From: Heptranchias perlo
Taxonomy: Eukaryota
Reading direction: 5' to 3'
Length of the DNA stretch: 64,000 nucleotides
Assembly (NCBI RefSeq): GCF_035084215.1
Contig: NC_090340.1
Span: 48,298,001-48,362,000 of the forward strand
Shown piece after piece: positions 36,291-47,854 of this stretch. The number at the start of each line of letters is the position of its first letter. Position 1 is the stretch's first letter. Below the pieces are notes generated by a model, which worked only from the letters and a program-made list of their open reading frames with translations, was not told where the DNA came from and ran no database searches. The position numbers and the translations under genes are program-made.

Positions 36291-37526
36291 TTAGGAATGC
36301 CTGGTGCTGCTCCTGGCATTCTCTTCAAACAGGCATATTCTTGAAACAGTTTCAGTTACCTAGACAGTCACAAACACACACACATGTGCAGGCACATACC
36401 TGCATACATGTAGTAATTCCCCATTCAGTCACTCACCAATCCAAAAGAAAACCCTATGTAATCTGTGGCTCTTGTTCACTGTAAAGTGGAAATATTAATA
36501 GCTGTTTTAGTAGAAGTTGTCTAGCTGTTTGTTTAAGATTGAAATCTGTTAGAATGCTGTAACATGTTATAGTAGAGGCAGTATATGAAAGCTTTTTGGT
36601 AGAATTAGGAAAAATGCAAACTGTTTATGAGGTTGAGTTTTATTATAATAATTTATGTGATGCAAATTTTTACTCTGTGATGTAAGTAGCATAAGAAAGG
36701 AGATGTGGCTGAATAATGCAGAATCATATTCCTGAGCTGCATATAATAGTTAATGGAAGTTTTGATGAAATATTTACTTGCTGCACTTGAGACTATAATG
36801 AGACTATGTAATTGCATAAGTGTCCAGCAGAAAGAGCTAATCATGGATAAATTGCAGTCATTCATTGGGAAGTTCCCGGTTGGCAAGTAGATGGCCAGCA
36901 AGCTGGAAAGTGTGCTGCTGATATCAGTAAAATAGTGTTTTTTCTTCAGTATTACTTATAATGCAGTACCATAGGTCTGGAGGAACAACAAAATTGCCTT
37001 ATTTTTCAGAATAACCTCAAATATTTTCACTGTGATCCCAAATATTTAGACCTGAATCACCCAAGTTATAAGCAGAAAGGCACTTTGGTGGATCTTAAAT
37101 AAATATTAAACTTGTTAACACTGTTGAATCTACCATCATGACAACACTAAACAATATTCGCTCATTTGTGATTATTTCAGTTTACTGCCTTAATGGTGAA
37201 GGAAAGTGTAGGGGAATATTTTTTCTTCAAAGTACTTCTTGAAGGTCTCAACCACTCCCAAAAACCTGAGCTTGGACTTGACATTATTGCCCAGTCTTGT
37301 GACTCTCCGAGTTGAATTTGGATTGTGCAGTCTGAGCATGTGCAGTGTACCTAATTTCCCAGGATACATCAGTACTATTCAGTCAGCTGTAGTGATGCAT
37401 ATCTACCTTTAGCTTCTAGTAGTTTATGCTGAAAAGCTTTTCAAATATATTTGAAGAATAGGTCGAGACAAATTTCTAAATCTTTATTCATGTTAAATGT
37501 ATATTGTCTTTTTTAAATAGAGAGTT

Positions 37527-37744
37527 TGGGGGTGATTTTAAACCCCAAGAAGGAGTGGGTTGGGGGCGGGTGGGAGTTGAAAATAGTTGTTTATTGGGTT
37601 GTGACCGCAACCCGGCTTTATTTCCGGGGTGCATAAAAGAATGCAAAGTCTGAAAATTTTGCGGTTGCAACCCAAAAAAACAACTATTTTCAACTCCCAC
37701 CGGCCCCCAACCCACCCCTTCTTGGGGTTTAAAAATCACCCCCT
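37527..37744. mobile_element. MITE family A copy
   Basis: GGGGGTGATTTTAAACCCCAAGAA / TTCTTGGGGTTTAAAAATCACCCCC. Confidence 0.85.
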
Positions 37745-39651
37745 TTGTGTGTGTGTAAGTAAAAAAAAAAGATGCCTACTGATTACACACCTGTTGTAGC
37801 TTTGTTGTGTGTTCTATAAACTTTCAAAGAAATATTAGGCTCAGAAAGAGAGCCAGAAGGGCCAAATTTACTCAACCATTCCACAGGAGCGCACTGGCAG
37901 GAAGGTTTAATTACAGTGTGACAAGTTTACGTAGGCAGTTTCCAATATAAATATGGACATAGGAATTTATAATGGAAATATAAAAATAAGGATAGAATAT
38001 ATGACTTTAAAATGGGGACTGAATTATGCCTACACACCTGGGCCAAATATCTCCTCTCACCCAGCTTCACCTGAAGACTACACTTGGTCTTGACCCCACC
38101 GTGTGCAACACCATGGGAGATCAACTAATGTTTTAAAAATTTGAAGAAATATGTTGTGAAGATGTTACTTCACACAAAGAGGGAACACTCTTTGCTTCCT
38201 CTTTAAATAAAGAAATACGTCACTCGTAAACAAAGGAAAATGGTATCACCACAGCATACACACAGTGGATTTTCTACAATGATACAGAAAATTTTAGTAA
38301 TGCAATTTACAAACTACAACGTTCATTTCTAGATATGAAAACAATAATACTGCCATAATGGGCTATTGACATGGTTGGCATATTATTGCTAAAAAATGAA
38401 CAAAGTTTAGAAGTTGCAAACATAGTTGGGGAACAATCAAAACACATCAATGATCTGCAGCTTTCACTGGTGGTCCCTATATATCCCCACTACCGTGTCA
38501 GAGCTCTCAGGAAGGACAATTTAGCCCCATACATCAGAGGCTGGATCAATTTGTGGAAGTACTGCAGTATGGGTCCACCCACATGCCTTGGGGGCTTGGA
38601 TGTGTTCAAAATATTCTGCAATAACATTGACACCATTGTCACAGTAGCTTGGCTCAGCAACGCATGTGATGGGCACAATTGGGCAACTGAGTTCTTCTAA
38701 TACGGATTGTAAACTACTCAAAGGACTGAGATTACATGAATCTCTCGTTGTGATTAGGATCATTGTCCTCTCCTCTCCTTCGCTTTGGTCTTCACTAGAG
38801 AAGAGGATGCTGCCATTGCAGCAGTAAAGGAGATAATAGCGATATTGGATAGGATAAAAATAGATAAAGAGGTACTTAAATGGTTGGCAGTACTCAATGT
38901 AGAAAAGTCACCTGGTACAGATGGGATGCATCCTCGGTTGCTAAGGGAAGAAAGGGTGGAAATTGCGGAGGGTCTGGCCAGTCTTTCAATCCTCCTTAGA
39001 TATGGGGCCAGTGCCAGAGGACTGGAGGATTGCAAAAAAGGGGAAAGGGATAAATCCGGCAATTACAGGCCAGTCAGCCTAACATCGGTGGTGGGGGAAA
39101 CGTTTAGAGACAATAATCCGGGACAAAATTAATTTGCACTTGGAAAAGTATAGGCTAATAAATGAAAGACAGCATGGATTTGTTAAAGGAGAATCATGTT
39201 TGCCTAACTTGATTGAGTTCTTTGATGAAGTAACGGAGAAGGTTGATGATGATAGTGTGGTTGATGATGTGTATATGGACTTTCAAAAGGCATTTGATAA
39301 AGTACCACATATTAGACTTGTTAGCAAAATTAATGCCCACGGGATTAAAAGGACATTGGCAGCATGGATACAAAATTGGCTAAGGGACAGAAACCAGTGA
39401 GTAGTAGTGAACAGTTGTTTTTCAGACTGGAGGCAAGTGTACAGTGGTGTTCCCCAAGGGTTGGTATTAGGACCACTGCTCTTTTTGATGTATATTAATG
39501 ACCTAGGCTTAGGTATACAGGGTGTAATTTCAAAGTTTGCAGATAATACGAAACTTGGAAATGCAGTAAACAATGTGGAGGATATTAACAGACTTCAGGA
39601 GGACATAGACAGATTGGTGAAATGGACAGACACGTGGCAGATGAAATTTAA

Positions 39652-40158
39652 CACTCCCACTCCCATTCCGACTTCTCTGCCCTCGTCCTCTTACACTGTT
39701 CCAATGAAGCTCCACGTAAGCTCGAAGAACAGCACCTCACAATTCGATTAGGCACTTTACAACCTCTACAACATTGATTTCAATAACTTCAGATCATAAC
39801 CACCGGTCCCATTTTTTTGGACAATAGGTGCTGGTGATGATTTTGCTGTTGCCATTTACAGCTACTCGATCTTTGTTTCTTAACTTTTCCCACTACCACC
39901 CTCCTTGCCTTGCACTATCACCCCTTTTTCCATTTAATCACTCCTGCCCTCTACTCTATCACAGACCTTCCCTTTTGTTTTTTCCCCCCCGCCTCCGTCT
40001 CCCTCCCTTTCCCTGGCTCTGAACTTGTTTAAAAACTTTAACTCTTTAACATCTTCCAGTTCTGACGAAAGGTCTTTGACCTGAAACGTTAACTCTGTTT
40101 CTTTCTCCACAGATGCTGCCTCATTTGCTGAGCTTTTCCAGCATTTTCTGTTTTTATT
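39652..40158 (+). mobile_element. Penelope-like element 3' fragment (end of endonuclease region plus tail)
   Basis: Encodes KLEEQHLTIRLGTLQP; reverse-complement homology with 48955-49640; tail carries a hammerhead core. Confidence 0.8.
40058..40094 (+). ncRNA. Minimal type I hammerhead ribozyme motif (Penelope-associated)
   Basis: AGTT-CTGACGA-A-AGGTC-TTT-GACCT-GAAA-CGT-T-AACT: core boxes, 5-bp stem II, palindromic ACGT stem III and AGTT/AACT stem I. Confidence 0.65.
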
Positions 40159-41019
40159 ATAAACTAAATGGTACAATTTTAAAGAGAGAGCAGGAACAGA
40201 GGGGTGTATGTACACAAATCTTTGAAGGTAGCAGGACAAGTTGAGAAGGCTGTTTAAAAAGCATAAAGCATTGGCTTTATTAATAGAGGCATTGAGTACA
40301 AAAGCAAGGAAGTTATGCTGAACTTTATAAAACACTTGTTGGGCTACAGCTGGAGGATTGTGTTCAATTCTGGGCACCACTTCAGGAAGGATGTCAAAGC
40401 CTTAGAGAGGGTGCAGAGGAGATTTACTAGAATGGTACCAGGGATGAGGGATTTCAGTTATATGGAGAGACGGAGAATCCGGGGTTTTTCTCCTTAGAGC
40501 AGAGAAGGTTGCGAGGAGATTCGATAGGGGTGTTCAAAATCATGAACGGTTTTGATAGAGTAAATAAAGAAAAACTGTTTCCAATGGCAGAAGGGTCGGT
40601 AAACACAGGACACAGATTTAAGATGAGTGGCAAAAGAACCAGAGGTGACATGAGGAAACATTTTTTTACGCAGTGAGTTGTTATGATCTGGAATGCACTG
40701 CCTGAAAGGGCGGTGGAAACAGATTCAATAGTAACTTTCAAAAGACAATTGGATAAATACTTGAAGAGAAAATATTTGCAGCACTATGGGGAAAGAGCAG
40801 GGGAGTGGGACTAATTGTTAGTTCTTTCAAAGAGCCAGCACAGGCACGATGGGCCAAATGGCCTCCTTCTATGCTTTACCATACTATGATACCAGCTCCT
40901 CCTCTCCAGATTGCTTCACCTCCTGCTCGGTCTCCATCTGTCCTCATGTAAAGGGGTCTGAGTGTTTATTTTACATGAACATTATATAATTCTGCATTAT
41001 GATTGTTGTTAAAGGAAAT

Positions 41020-41110
41020 GGGAAAGACTTGCATTTCACAACCTCAGGACATCCCAAAATGCTTTGTAGCCATTTAGGTATTTTTGACGTGTCGTTACTA
41101 ATGTAGGGAA
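41020..41110 (-). mobile_element. SINE/L2 tail fragment
   Basis: AAGACTTGCATTTCACAACCTCAGGACATCCCAAAATGCTTT. Confidence 0.5.
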
Positions 41111-41269
41111 ACGTGGTAATCTTTCTCCAGCCTGAACAACACCTGTTAACCCTAGCCCTTTAATTCCTGTCTGCCAACCAACTTTCTATCCATGTCATTA
41201 CATTTCCTCTCTTTCTCCTAACCTCTCCCTTCTTTCTTTTGGTGATGATCTTATCAAAACTTTGTCAGC

Positions 41270-41730
41270 GGTCGTCTTTTGGATGAGACGTTAAACCAAG
41301 ACCCCACCTGCCTTTTCAGGTGGATGTTCGAAGAAGAGCAGGAGAGGTCTCCTGGTGTCCTGGCCAACATTTATCTCTCAACCAACACCTAAAAACTGAT
41401 ATAAAAAATAGAAAATGCTGGAAACAGTCAGCAGGTCAGGCAACATCTGTGGATCGAGAAACAGAGTTAAGGTTGATGACCTTTCATCAGATCAACATTT
41501 TCTGGTTTTATTTCAGATTTCCAACATCTGCAGTATTTTGCTTTTGTTTGACCCAAAAGCAGATGATCCGACCATTTATTTCATTGCTGTTTGTGGGACC
41601 TTGTGCGCAAATTGGCTGCCAGGTTTCCTACATCACAAGGGTGACTACATTTAAAAGTTCTTCATTGGCTGTAAAGTGCTTTGGGACATCCTGTGGTCAT
41701 GAAAGGCGCTATAGAAATGCACGTTCTTTC
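41270..41730 (+). mobile_element. Deu/SacSINE-like SINE containing a Penelope-tail insertion (41400-41548)
   Basis: GGATGAGACGTTAAACC...GGTGTCCTGGCCAACATTTATC...GCTTTGGGACATCCTGTGGTCATGAAAGGCGCTATAGAAATGC. Confidence 0.7.
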
Positions 41731-41869
41731 ATCATTTTGAACAAGTAAGGAAGACATTAATTGCAAGCTCACTTTTTAAAAGAGATACCTACATGAAAAT
41801 GTTTATATTTTTGGACAAAAATGTGTGATAGACACTCCTAATGAGTGACACTTAGCAGGTGTACACCAG

Positions 41870-42053
41870 TCAACCAAACTGCGCATGACAGCAAACACAA
41901 ATGTGCCAATCATTCCCTTCCACCAGTGATCGGCTGGAGGTAGGACTTGTCTGTGTCACATGCTTCACGGGAAGTGGTAATCTAAGTAGGTTTTGTTGTT
42001 ACCTCTACAGAACGCAGAGTTTGCAAAAACACGCATTTGACTGGTTAGAGTTG
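41870..42053 (+). promoter_or_regulatory. Probable SPATA2L promoter and non-coding first exon
   Basis: TGCGCATG (NRF1-like half site), CCAATC and CGGGAAGTG (ETS-like) followed by donor TTG|gtgagt at 42054. The SPATA2L ATG exon begins at a splice acceptor, so an upstream UTR exon is expected. Confidence 0.45.
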
Positions 42054-43271
42054 GTGAGTCGTGTTCTTCTGGGGATAGAACATTTCACCAGTGATTGAGA
42101 GGTGAGTTCAGCGACGGGGGGTAATTGGGTCAAAGGATCGGCTCGGTACCAAACTCCCAATTATGTATTTGAAGCATACAGAAGATGTTTAACATTCGAG
42201 TAGAATGAGTTAAATGTTCAGTTGTTGCTGGTTGCTTAAATGCTTCTAACTTCTAAAAGGGAACTAAAATTCAGGAAGTTGGGTTGTTTTGCCTTGGGCC
42301 GGAGATCAACTGCATCATCCTGAGTTTCACTTTCTGTTCCGTTGTTCTGACCTTGTTAAGCAAATCTGGGAATGGTTCACGTTACTTGTGATGGTTTATG
42401 AAACGGCGTGCCATAATCATGACACTCCACCCTGCCCATTGCACCAGTGAAACTCTGAGGCTATGAAATATTATTTATTACCTATATAATGAAAACTTAT
42501 CCTATAGTTGTTTATACTGTAGATTGCACCATCGGAGTTACTTTCGGGCTGCCAAGTTGCCTGCTGCCCACTAGCAGAGCTCTCTGCATGTGTGTTTGTA
42601 GAGTTGGTAAACAATTCTATTAGTTTTACCTTGTACGAATTAGTTTGTTACCACGGTATTTTTCCTCTTTCAAAAGTCAAGGAAATAGCCTAGGTATCCC
42701 ACGTGTTCTTCAGAGTTTTTAATATCACAGTTGGGTCCAAATCATGGGCATGCTTTCTCAGTCATGATACATATAAGGAGCCAGGTTTTGGATTGTTGGA
42801 GACTAGGTTTGCTCATGGAAACTGCATTTTTGCCATGAACACAGGAGATAATCAAGTATTGGAACATGTTGATGAGGACTTTTAGCAGACATGTTCATTC
42901 ATTTTTCTGATATCTGGACAGAAGTCTGCAAACATTTTTGTCCATGAAAAGCAGGTGTAAAGAAGAAGCAGCTTAAAGTACCAATTTAAAGGGACTGAAG
43001 CAACCATTTTTGATTTAATTTTTTAAAACTGGAGCAATGTAAAGTGTATTCATTTATGTAACAAATGAAGGAACAGAGTCATTGCTACCAATATCAGAGA
43101 AACTGACTGTACAGAAACTTGTTCCAAGAGTTGTACAGAATAGGAGCATGGTTAAAGGTGAGATTTGTAAAGTGTCCCCCATGATACCAGTGGTCATTTT
43201 GTCATAGGTGTGCCACAGCATCTAACTGGGAGCTATGCTAAATGCAGTGTCCTTTGGCAAGTCATTTATTT

Positions 43272-43562
43272 ATAAGAACATAAGAAATAGGACCAGGAGT
43301 AGGTCATATGGCCCCTTGAGGCTGCTCCGCCATTTAGTAAGATCATGACTGATCATCTACCTCAACTCCACTTTCCCGCCCTATCCCCATATCCCTTGAT
43401 TCCCTTAGTGTCCAAAAAATTATCGATATCTGTCTTGAATATACTCAACGGCTGAGCATCTACAGCCCCCTGGGGTAGAGAATTTCAAAGAATCTCAACC
43501 CTCTGAGTGAAAAAAATTTTCATCATCTTGATCCTAAATGGCCAACCCCTTATCTCGAGACT
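43272..43562 (-). mobile_element. CR1 LINE 3' tail
   Basis: TAAGAACATAAGAAATAGGACCAGGAGTAGG...CTACCTCAACTCCAC is the reverse complement of 4478-4620. Confidence 0.8.
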
Positions 43563-44795
43563 GACTTGCTAGGGGTTGCCAAGAAACCACCCCAATTAGT
43601 TTTCCATACTTTTAAGTGATGCTAAATGGAAAAAGGGCACAATGGGGAGATCAGGCACCAGAGCCAGACTGCCAGCACCTGTCATTGTGTCACCAGCCAT
43701 ATCTGCTGGTCCAGGGACCTGGAGATAACTCTGGGAAACTGATTCTGCCCTTAAGCTGCATTGGTACAGTGCCAAAGCATTTGCAGAACATTGATTGCCA
43801 AAATAAATTCACATTGCCTGCTCCTGTCCTTTTGGAGTGGGAGAAGGCGGGACTCTGCATGTCCATTCAACAGGCCTGCATGAAGTGTTACTTAGTAGCC
43901 TCTTAATCAAGTAAGTTCCTACTGATTGAAAGGAACAGCCTGCCCCATCAGCTCTTTTCAGTCAGTAGAAATTGAAAACCTGCTGTACAGCTAGTTTTTA
44001 AAAAATGTTAATGACTATACTTTAAGACATAACTTGAGATTTGAGGGATATATTTGATAATATAACAGAAATCCTTAAGCAATAATACTAAAACAATTAA
44101 ACAAATTCTCAGTGCTGTGTATTTTTATCTCCATCACCTGCTTGATAACTGGTTACTAACAAGTATGTGAAACCAGTTTGAGATTTTGTTGTTAATGGGT
44201 CATAAGATTTTTGTAAATTGTTTGTTTTGAGATTGCTCTGCATATATTATTTACAAGGGGCACTGATCTCCTCTATGTGCTGTTATTTGTTCATAGAAGT
44301 TACAAAACCAGAAAGTAGCATTGTTTAGTATCTAAAATATTTGGGTATTACGATTTGGCATGAACTTTATGTACTGTATTGAAGGAGGGGGGAAACTAAA
44401 TTCCTTTCAGTGAATATTTTAATGGTGTGTATACTTTCTCAGTCCACTTACAAAATGGCTGCTAGCTGCTGTATAAATCTTGGATTGGAAGCACTGCACA
44501 GACAAAATAGTCACCTACTAGAGTTGTAAAACAAATGCTTGTAGTATGACTTCCCTGCAATCTCTAAATTTAATGTAAATCATGGAAAAAGCATGTATTC
44601 TGTCTAGATTTTGTTCCATTGCCTTCATTTGTACCAGTTTGAAATATTAATTGGAGAGCAATTCAGCATTAATGAAAACACTATTTTAAGTGAAATTTAT
44701 TTGACCCTTTCCCCTCAACACACTTCCCATTAGCTGGCAGCATAGGTGTTTGAGGCAGCTGTCATTTATTGGTGTGCACAACAAAAACATGAGTC

Positions 44796-44927
44796 GTCTT
44801 GGAGCTGGGTTAAGAGGGGACCAATAGAAAAAGACTGAATTTGAACACTTAAATTCAGTTTTTTTTCCCCCTAAGTATTCAAATTCAGTCTTTTTCTATT
44901 GGTTCCTTCTTAACTCGGGTCCAAGAC
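44796..44927. repeat. Inverted repeat, 56-bp arms (50/56 matching), 20-bp loop
   Basis: 44796-44851 versus 44872-44927. Confidence 0.9.
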
Positions 44928-45179
44928 CATTACCAAATGAAGGCTGCAAATGCGTGCCTCTTTTTTAAATAAAAGGAGGAAATTAAGGAATTTGTATTAC
45001 AGGTGGTGTGTTCTGTAGATTTTGCTAAAGCCTTTGGAGCTTACTGTTAACCTTGGTAATTGTCCTATTTCAGGCATATTTACCTTTTTTAGGTACCATA
45101 TGGAAGTGATTAATGGAAACAATTCATTGTCATATGTATCCTGATAAAATAAATTGTATGGGATTTTCTTTCTTTCAGA

Positions 45180-45488
45180 ATGAGCACTGGAGTAAGAAAT
45201 ATTTATGAACAATATAAGAAGTTTTATGAAGATGGTCTTTCAGGGCATGATGGAATTTGCCATGATAAAGAATTAAAAGGACTAATCAAACAGCAGTTAA
45301 TAAAAAGGGGTGCTGATCTGCACATCTTCCCATGGGATGATGTGTTTGAAACTATTTTGAATTCTCTGTGCAGGACACTGAATTACACAAGTACATTAAA
45401 GTTGCTGATTGGGGCCTTTGAATTATTGGAATTGGCTGCTGTCAACCTCTTTCTGTACCCATGGAGAAAGGAGTTCAAAACAATAAAC
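45180..45488 (+). CDS. SPATA2L: SPATA2-like protein, coding exon 1 (N-terminal part of the PUB domain, 103 codons)
   Basis: tctttcag|aATG start; AFELLELAAVNLFLYPWRKEFKTI family signature; donor AAC|gtaagt, phase 0. Confidence 0.93.
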
Positions 45489-45866
45489 GTAAGTCCCTTA
45501 CTGAACATTCATACAGTAATAAAATATTTCAGTAAATGTAACTTTAAAAGCCATATATTGTCTTGCATAGCCAATGTGTTACAACATATTGAGGAATTGA
45601 AATGTTGTAAAACAAATATGTTCAACAAAAATTTTAATGAATTGTTATTTGTATAACACTTATCTTCATTCTCATGCCCTGATTATTGCTATACCATTTA
45701 TGCCATCCCAAAATCTGGGTACTCTTGATCATCCACCAATTTCCAACCTCCACTGGGGCAAGTGGTGGGATGTCTTCCCATTTTGGAAAACAATTAAGGT
45801 TCCACTATTTATAGGAGACTTAATTTCCCCCCAAAAATGTCCTAATCGTGTAACATTTTTGCTTAG

Positions 45867-46946
45867 ACATTTTCAGGAGCTTATGTGCACTACCTAAAAC
45901 CTGCAATCTGTAATGAAGACCTTGTAAGAATTTTTAAGAAAATGGGTTATAAACCAAAGGATAATCTCCAACTGGAAATTAAAGACACTCCACATTCTTT
46001 GGAGTCGATCAGGCTGGCATTTGAATTCTTTGCTACAAGAATTGAATGTGAAATCTTGTTGGAAATAGTAGGAAAGTTGGAGCACTACAAAATTTCAGTT
46101 GATGAATTGATTCGGGAAAGGAAATCGATGGAAAGCATTGACACCTGTGTAGATAAACTAAAAATGAGCCGTTCTGCTGATAGAAGCCAGAGAGAAAGCC
46201 AGCTCGAAAGAACACCGCCAACTGTTTCTAGTGGAGAAAATATTTACACAGATTTAAAAGTGAATTCTAGTGCATGGAATCAAGCTGGTTCTCCTTCCCA
46301 GAGGGAGTACAATGGAAGTGTAATCCGTTCACCGCCTCAGAGATTACCCCGGACTACTGCTAGTGACCAATACAAGGATGATGCTTATAGCAAACACATT
46401 ACTGGAATTCCTGGTACGGATTGTGTTTTTTCATTGAGTCACCAGGATAGTAAATTTGAGGAGCTCCAAGATCTATCTAAAAACAGACATGACTTTAACT
46501 CTGATATTAGTAACCCAAATACAAATGGAAATATGAAAATGGTACTTTTAGAAGGAGACATCAGCAGTATTGAAAAATACGAAGAACACAGCTGCCTTGC
46601 TAATGGTGAATCTGCTCTCTACTGTTGTGAAACGTGTCGCACAGTACACACCATTATGTGTGAAACTCTTAAAACGTGTGACCATCATTCCCTTAGATTT
46701 TTTGCTGCTGATAACTCAACCTACTTGCAAAAGGCTGAAGCTTCTAACAGTGACTTAAGGAAACCATCATATGCAGACATATTAAAAACAGATCCATGCT
46801 GCAGGATTTGTAGATGTTCATCTGTGTATTTTTGTTGTAAATGTGGCGTGCATGTGTGTGTGCAATGTGGTTATAAAAATTCATTGGAATGCAAGAACTG
46901 TGGTGATAAACTTGATTACTTAAATCCTGGTAAAATCTGTCACTAG
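45867..46946 (+). CDS. SPATA2L: SPATA2-like protein, coding exon 2 (359 codons plus stop; protein 462 aa)
   Basis: gcttag|ACA TTT TCA GGA gives TFSGAYVHYLK, continuing the signature; AFEFFATRIECE and HSCL...CCETCRTVH...C motifs; convergent with CDK10 as in human. Confidence 0.93.
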   Translation, partial: TFSGAYVHYLKPAICNEDLVRIFKKMGYKPKDNLQLEIKDTPHSLESIRLAFEFFATRIECEILLEIVGKLEHYKISVDELIRERKSMESIDTCVDKLKMSRSADRSQRESQLERTPPTVSSGENIYTDLKVNSSAWNQAGSPSQREYNGSVIRSPPQRLPRTTASDQYKDDAYSKHITGIPGTDCVFSLSHQDSKFEELQDLSKNRHDFNSDISNPNTNGNMKMVLLEGDISSIEKYEEHSCLANGESALYCCETCRTVHTIMCETLKTCDHHSLRFFAADNSTYLQKAEASNSDLRKPSYADILKTDPCCRICRCSSVYFCCKCGVHVCVQCGYKNSLECKNCGDKLDYLNPGKICH

Positions 46947-47854
46947 CTTAATATTCAATAGTTTAGGATGATAGAACATTTGGTTTACCAATGTTTATAC
47001 ATATACAAATATATAGTAATTGTATGTGATGGGTTGGGAACATTGGCTCTATTTGTAAAAACTATTACTGTAAATATTTAGCACCATTTAGTCTCTTCTG
47101 CTTACGTATGTATTGGCACATACCATTTATTGTTTGTGACCTGTTTAAGAACCTTTCGATAACTGACCAGGCATGTTAAATGGAAATAATCATGTTCTAT
47201 TGTTTTCTGAACATGTGCAGTGATGTTACTGTCATTTTGTAATAGTTTAAGCTGCAGGAAGCTGAGTGAAATTCTTGATCATTGTTTAGGGTTATGCACA
47301 CAGTTCAAGCAATTTTACTTGTTTTTAAAATCATTAACTCTTTAAAATCACAAACTCTGGAAAATTATCTTGAATATATTACCTGGAAAAATAAAAGCTC
47401 CTTTTTTTAAATATCAATACCTACAGTTCTTTTTTGGTTCATCAATTCTACTTTTAAATCTTAACTTCAAATGTAAATATGGATAATGTTGACTGTGGAT
47501 GGAGTGCAACACTTTATATCAGATATGTACAAGAAAGCAAAATATTAGAACAGGGATGAAATATTTTTGTGATGAGAAAGTTTCTGGCTTTGGAGTTGTA
47601 AGGAAATGTACTTTTCTATATAATTGTTACCATTGGGCAAAAATTTCAATGCTTTAGACAGAAGTTCTTCTATAACTTTTTAAAGCTTGCAAAACAAAGA
47701 TAAGGTGTAAAAGATTTTTCGATTTGAAATAAGTACTTTACTGCAATTTTGATATGAACTTCAATTTTAATCTATATCTACTGTTTTGGGTATTGGCATT
47801 TGTAAAATGTCTTGTCTAAATGTGTAGGCAGTCTATTACTTGGTAACTAGAATA

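Larger units (their letters stand above)
38775..40870 (+). mobile_element. CR1 LINE ORF2 (RT region to tail), decayed, interrupted by a Penelope fragment
   Basis: KSPGTDGMHPRLLRE, GNYRPVSLTSVVG, QHGFVKGESC, YMDFQKAFDKVPH, SGVPQG and FADNTKLG motifs with stops and frameshifts. Confidence 0.93.

Noticed and set aside
38371-38763. Overlapping ORFs of 62-109 aa
   Set aside because: No domain features or splice support; consistent with chance ORFs next to a CR1.
45489-45656. Extension of ORF 45180..45656 beyond KTIN
   Set aside because: It reads through a canonical gtaagt donor into the intron; the family signature resumes at 45867.
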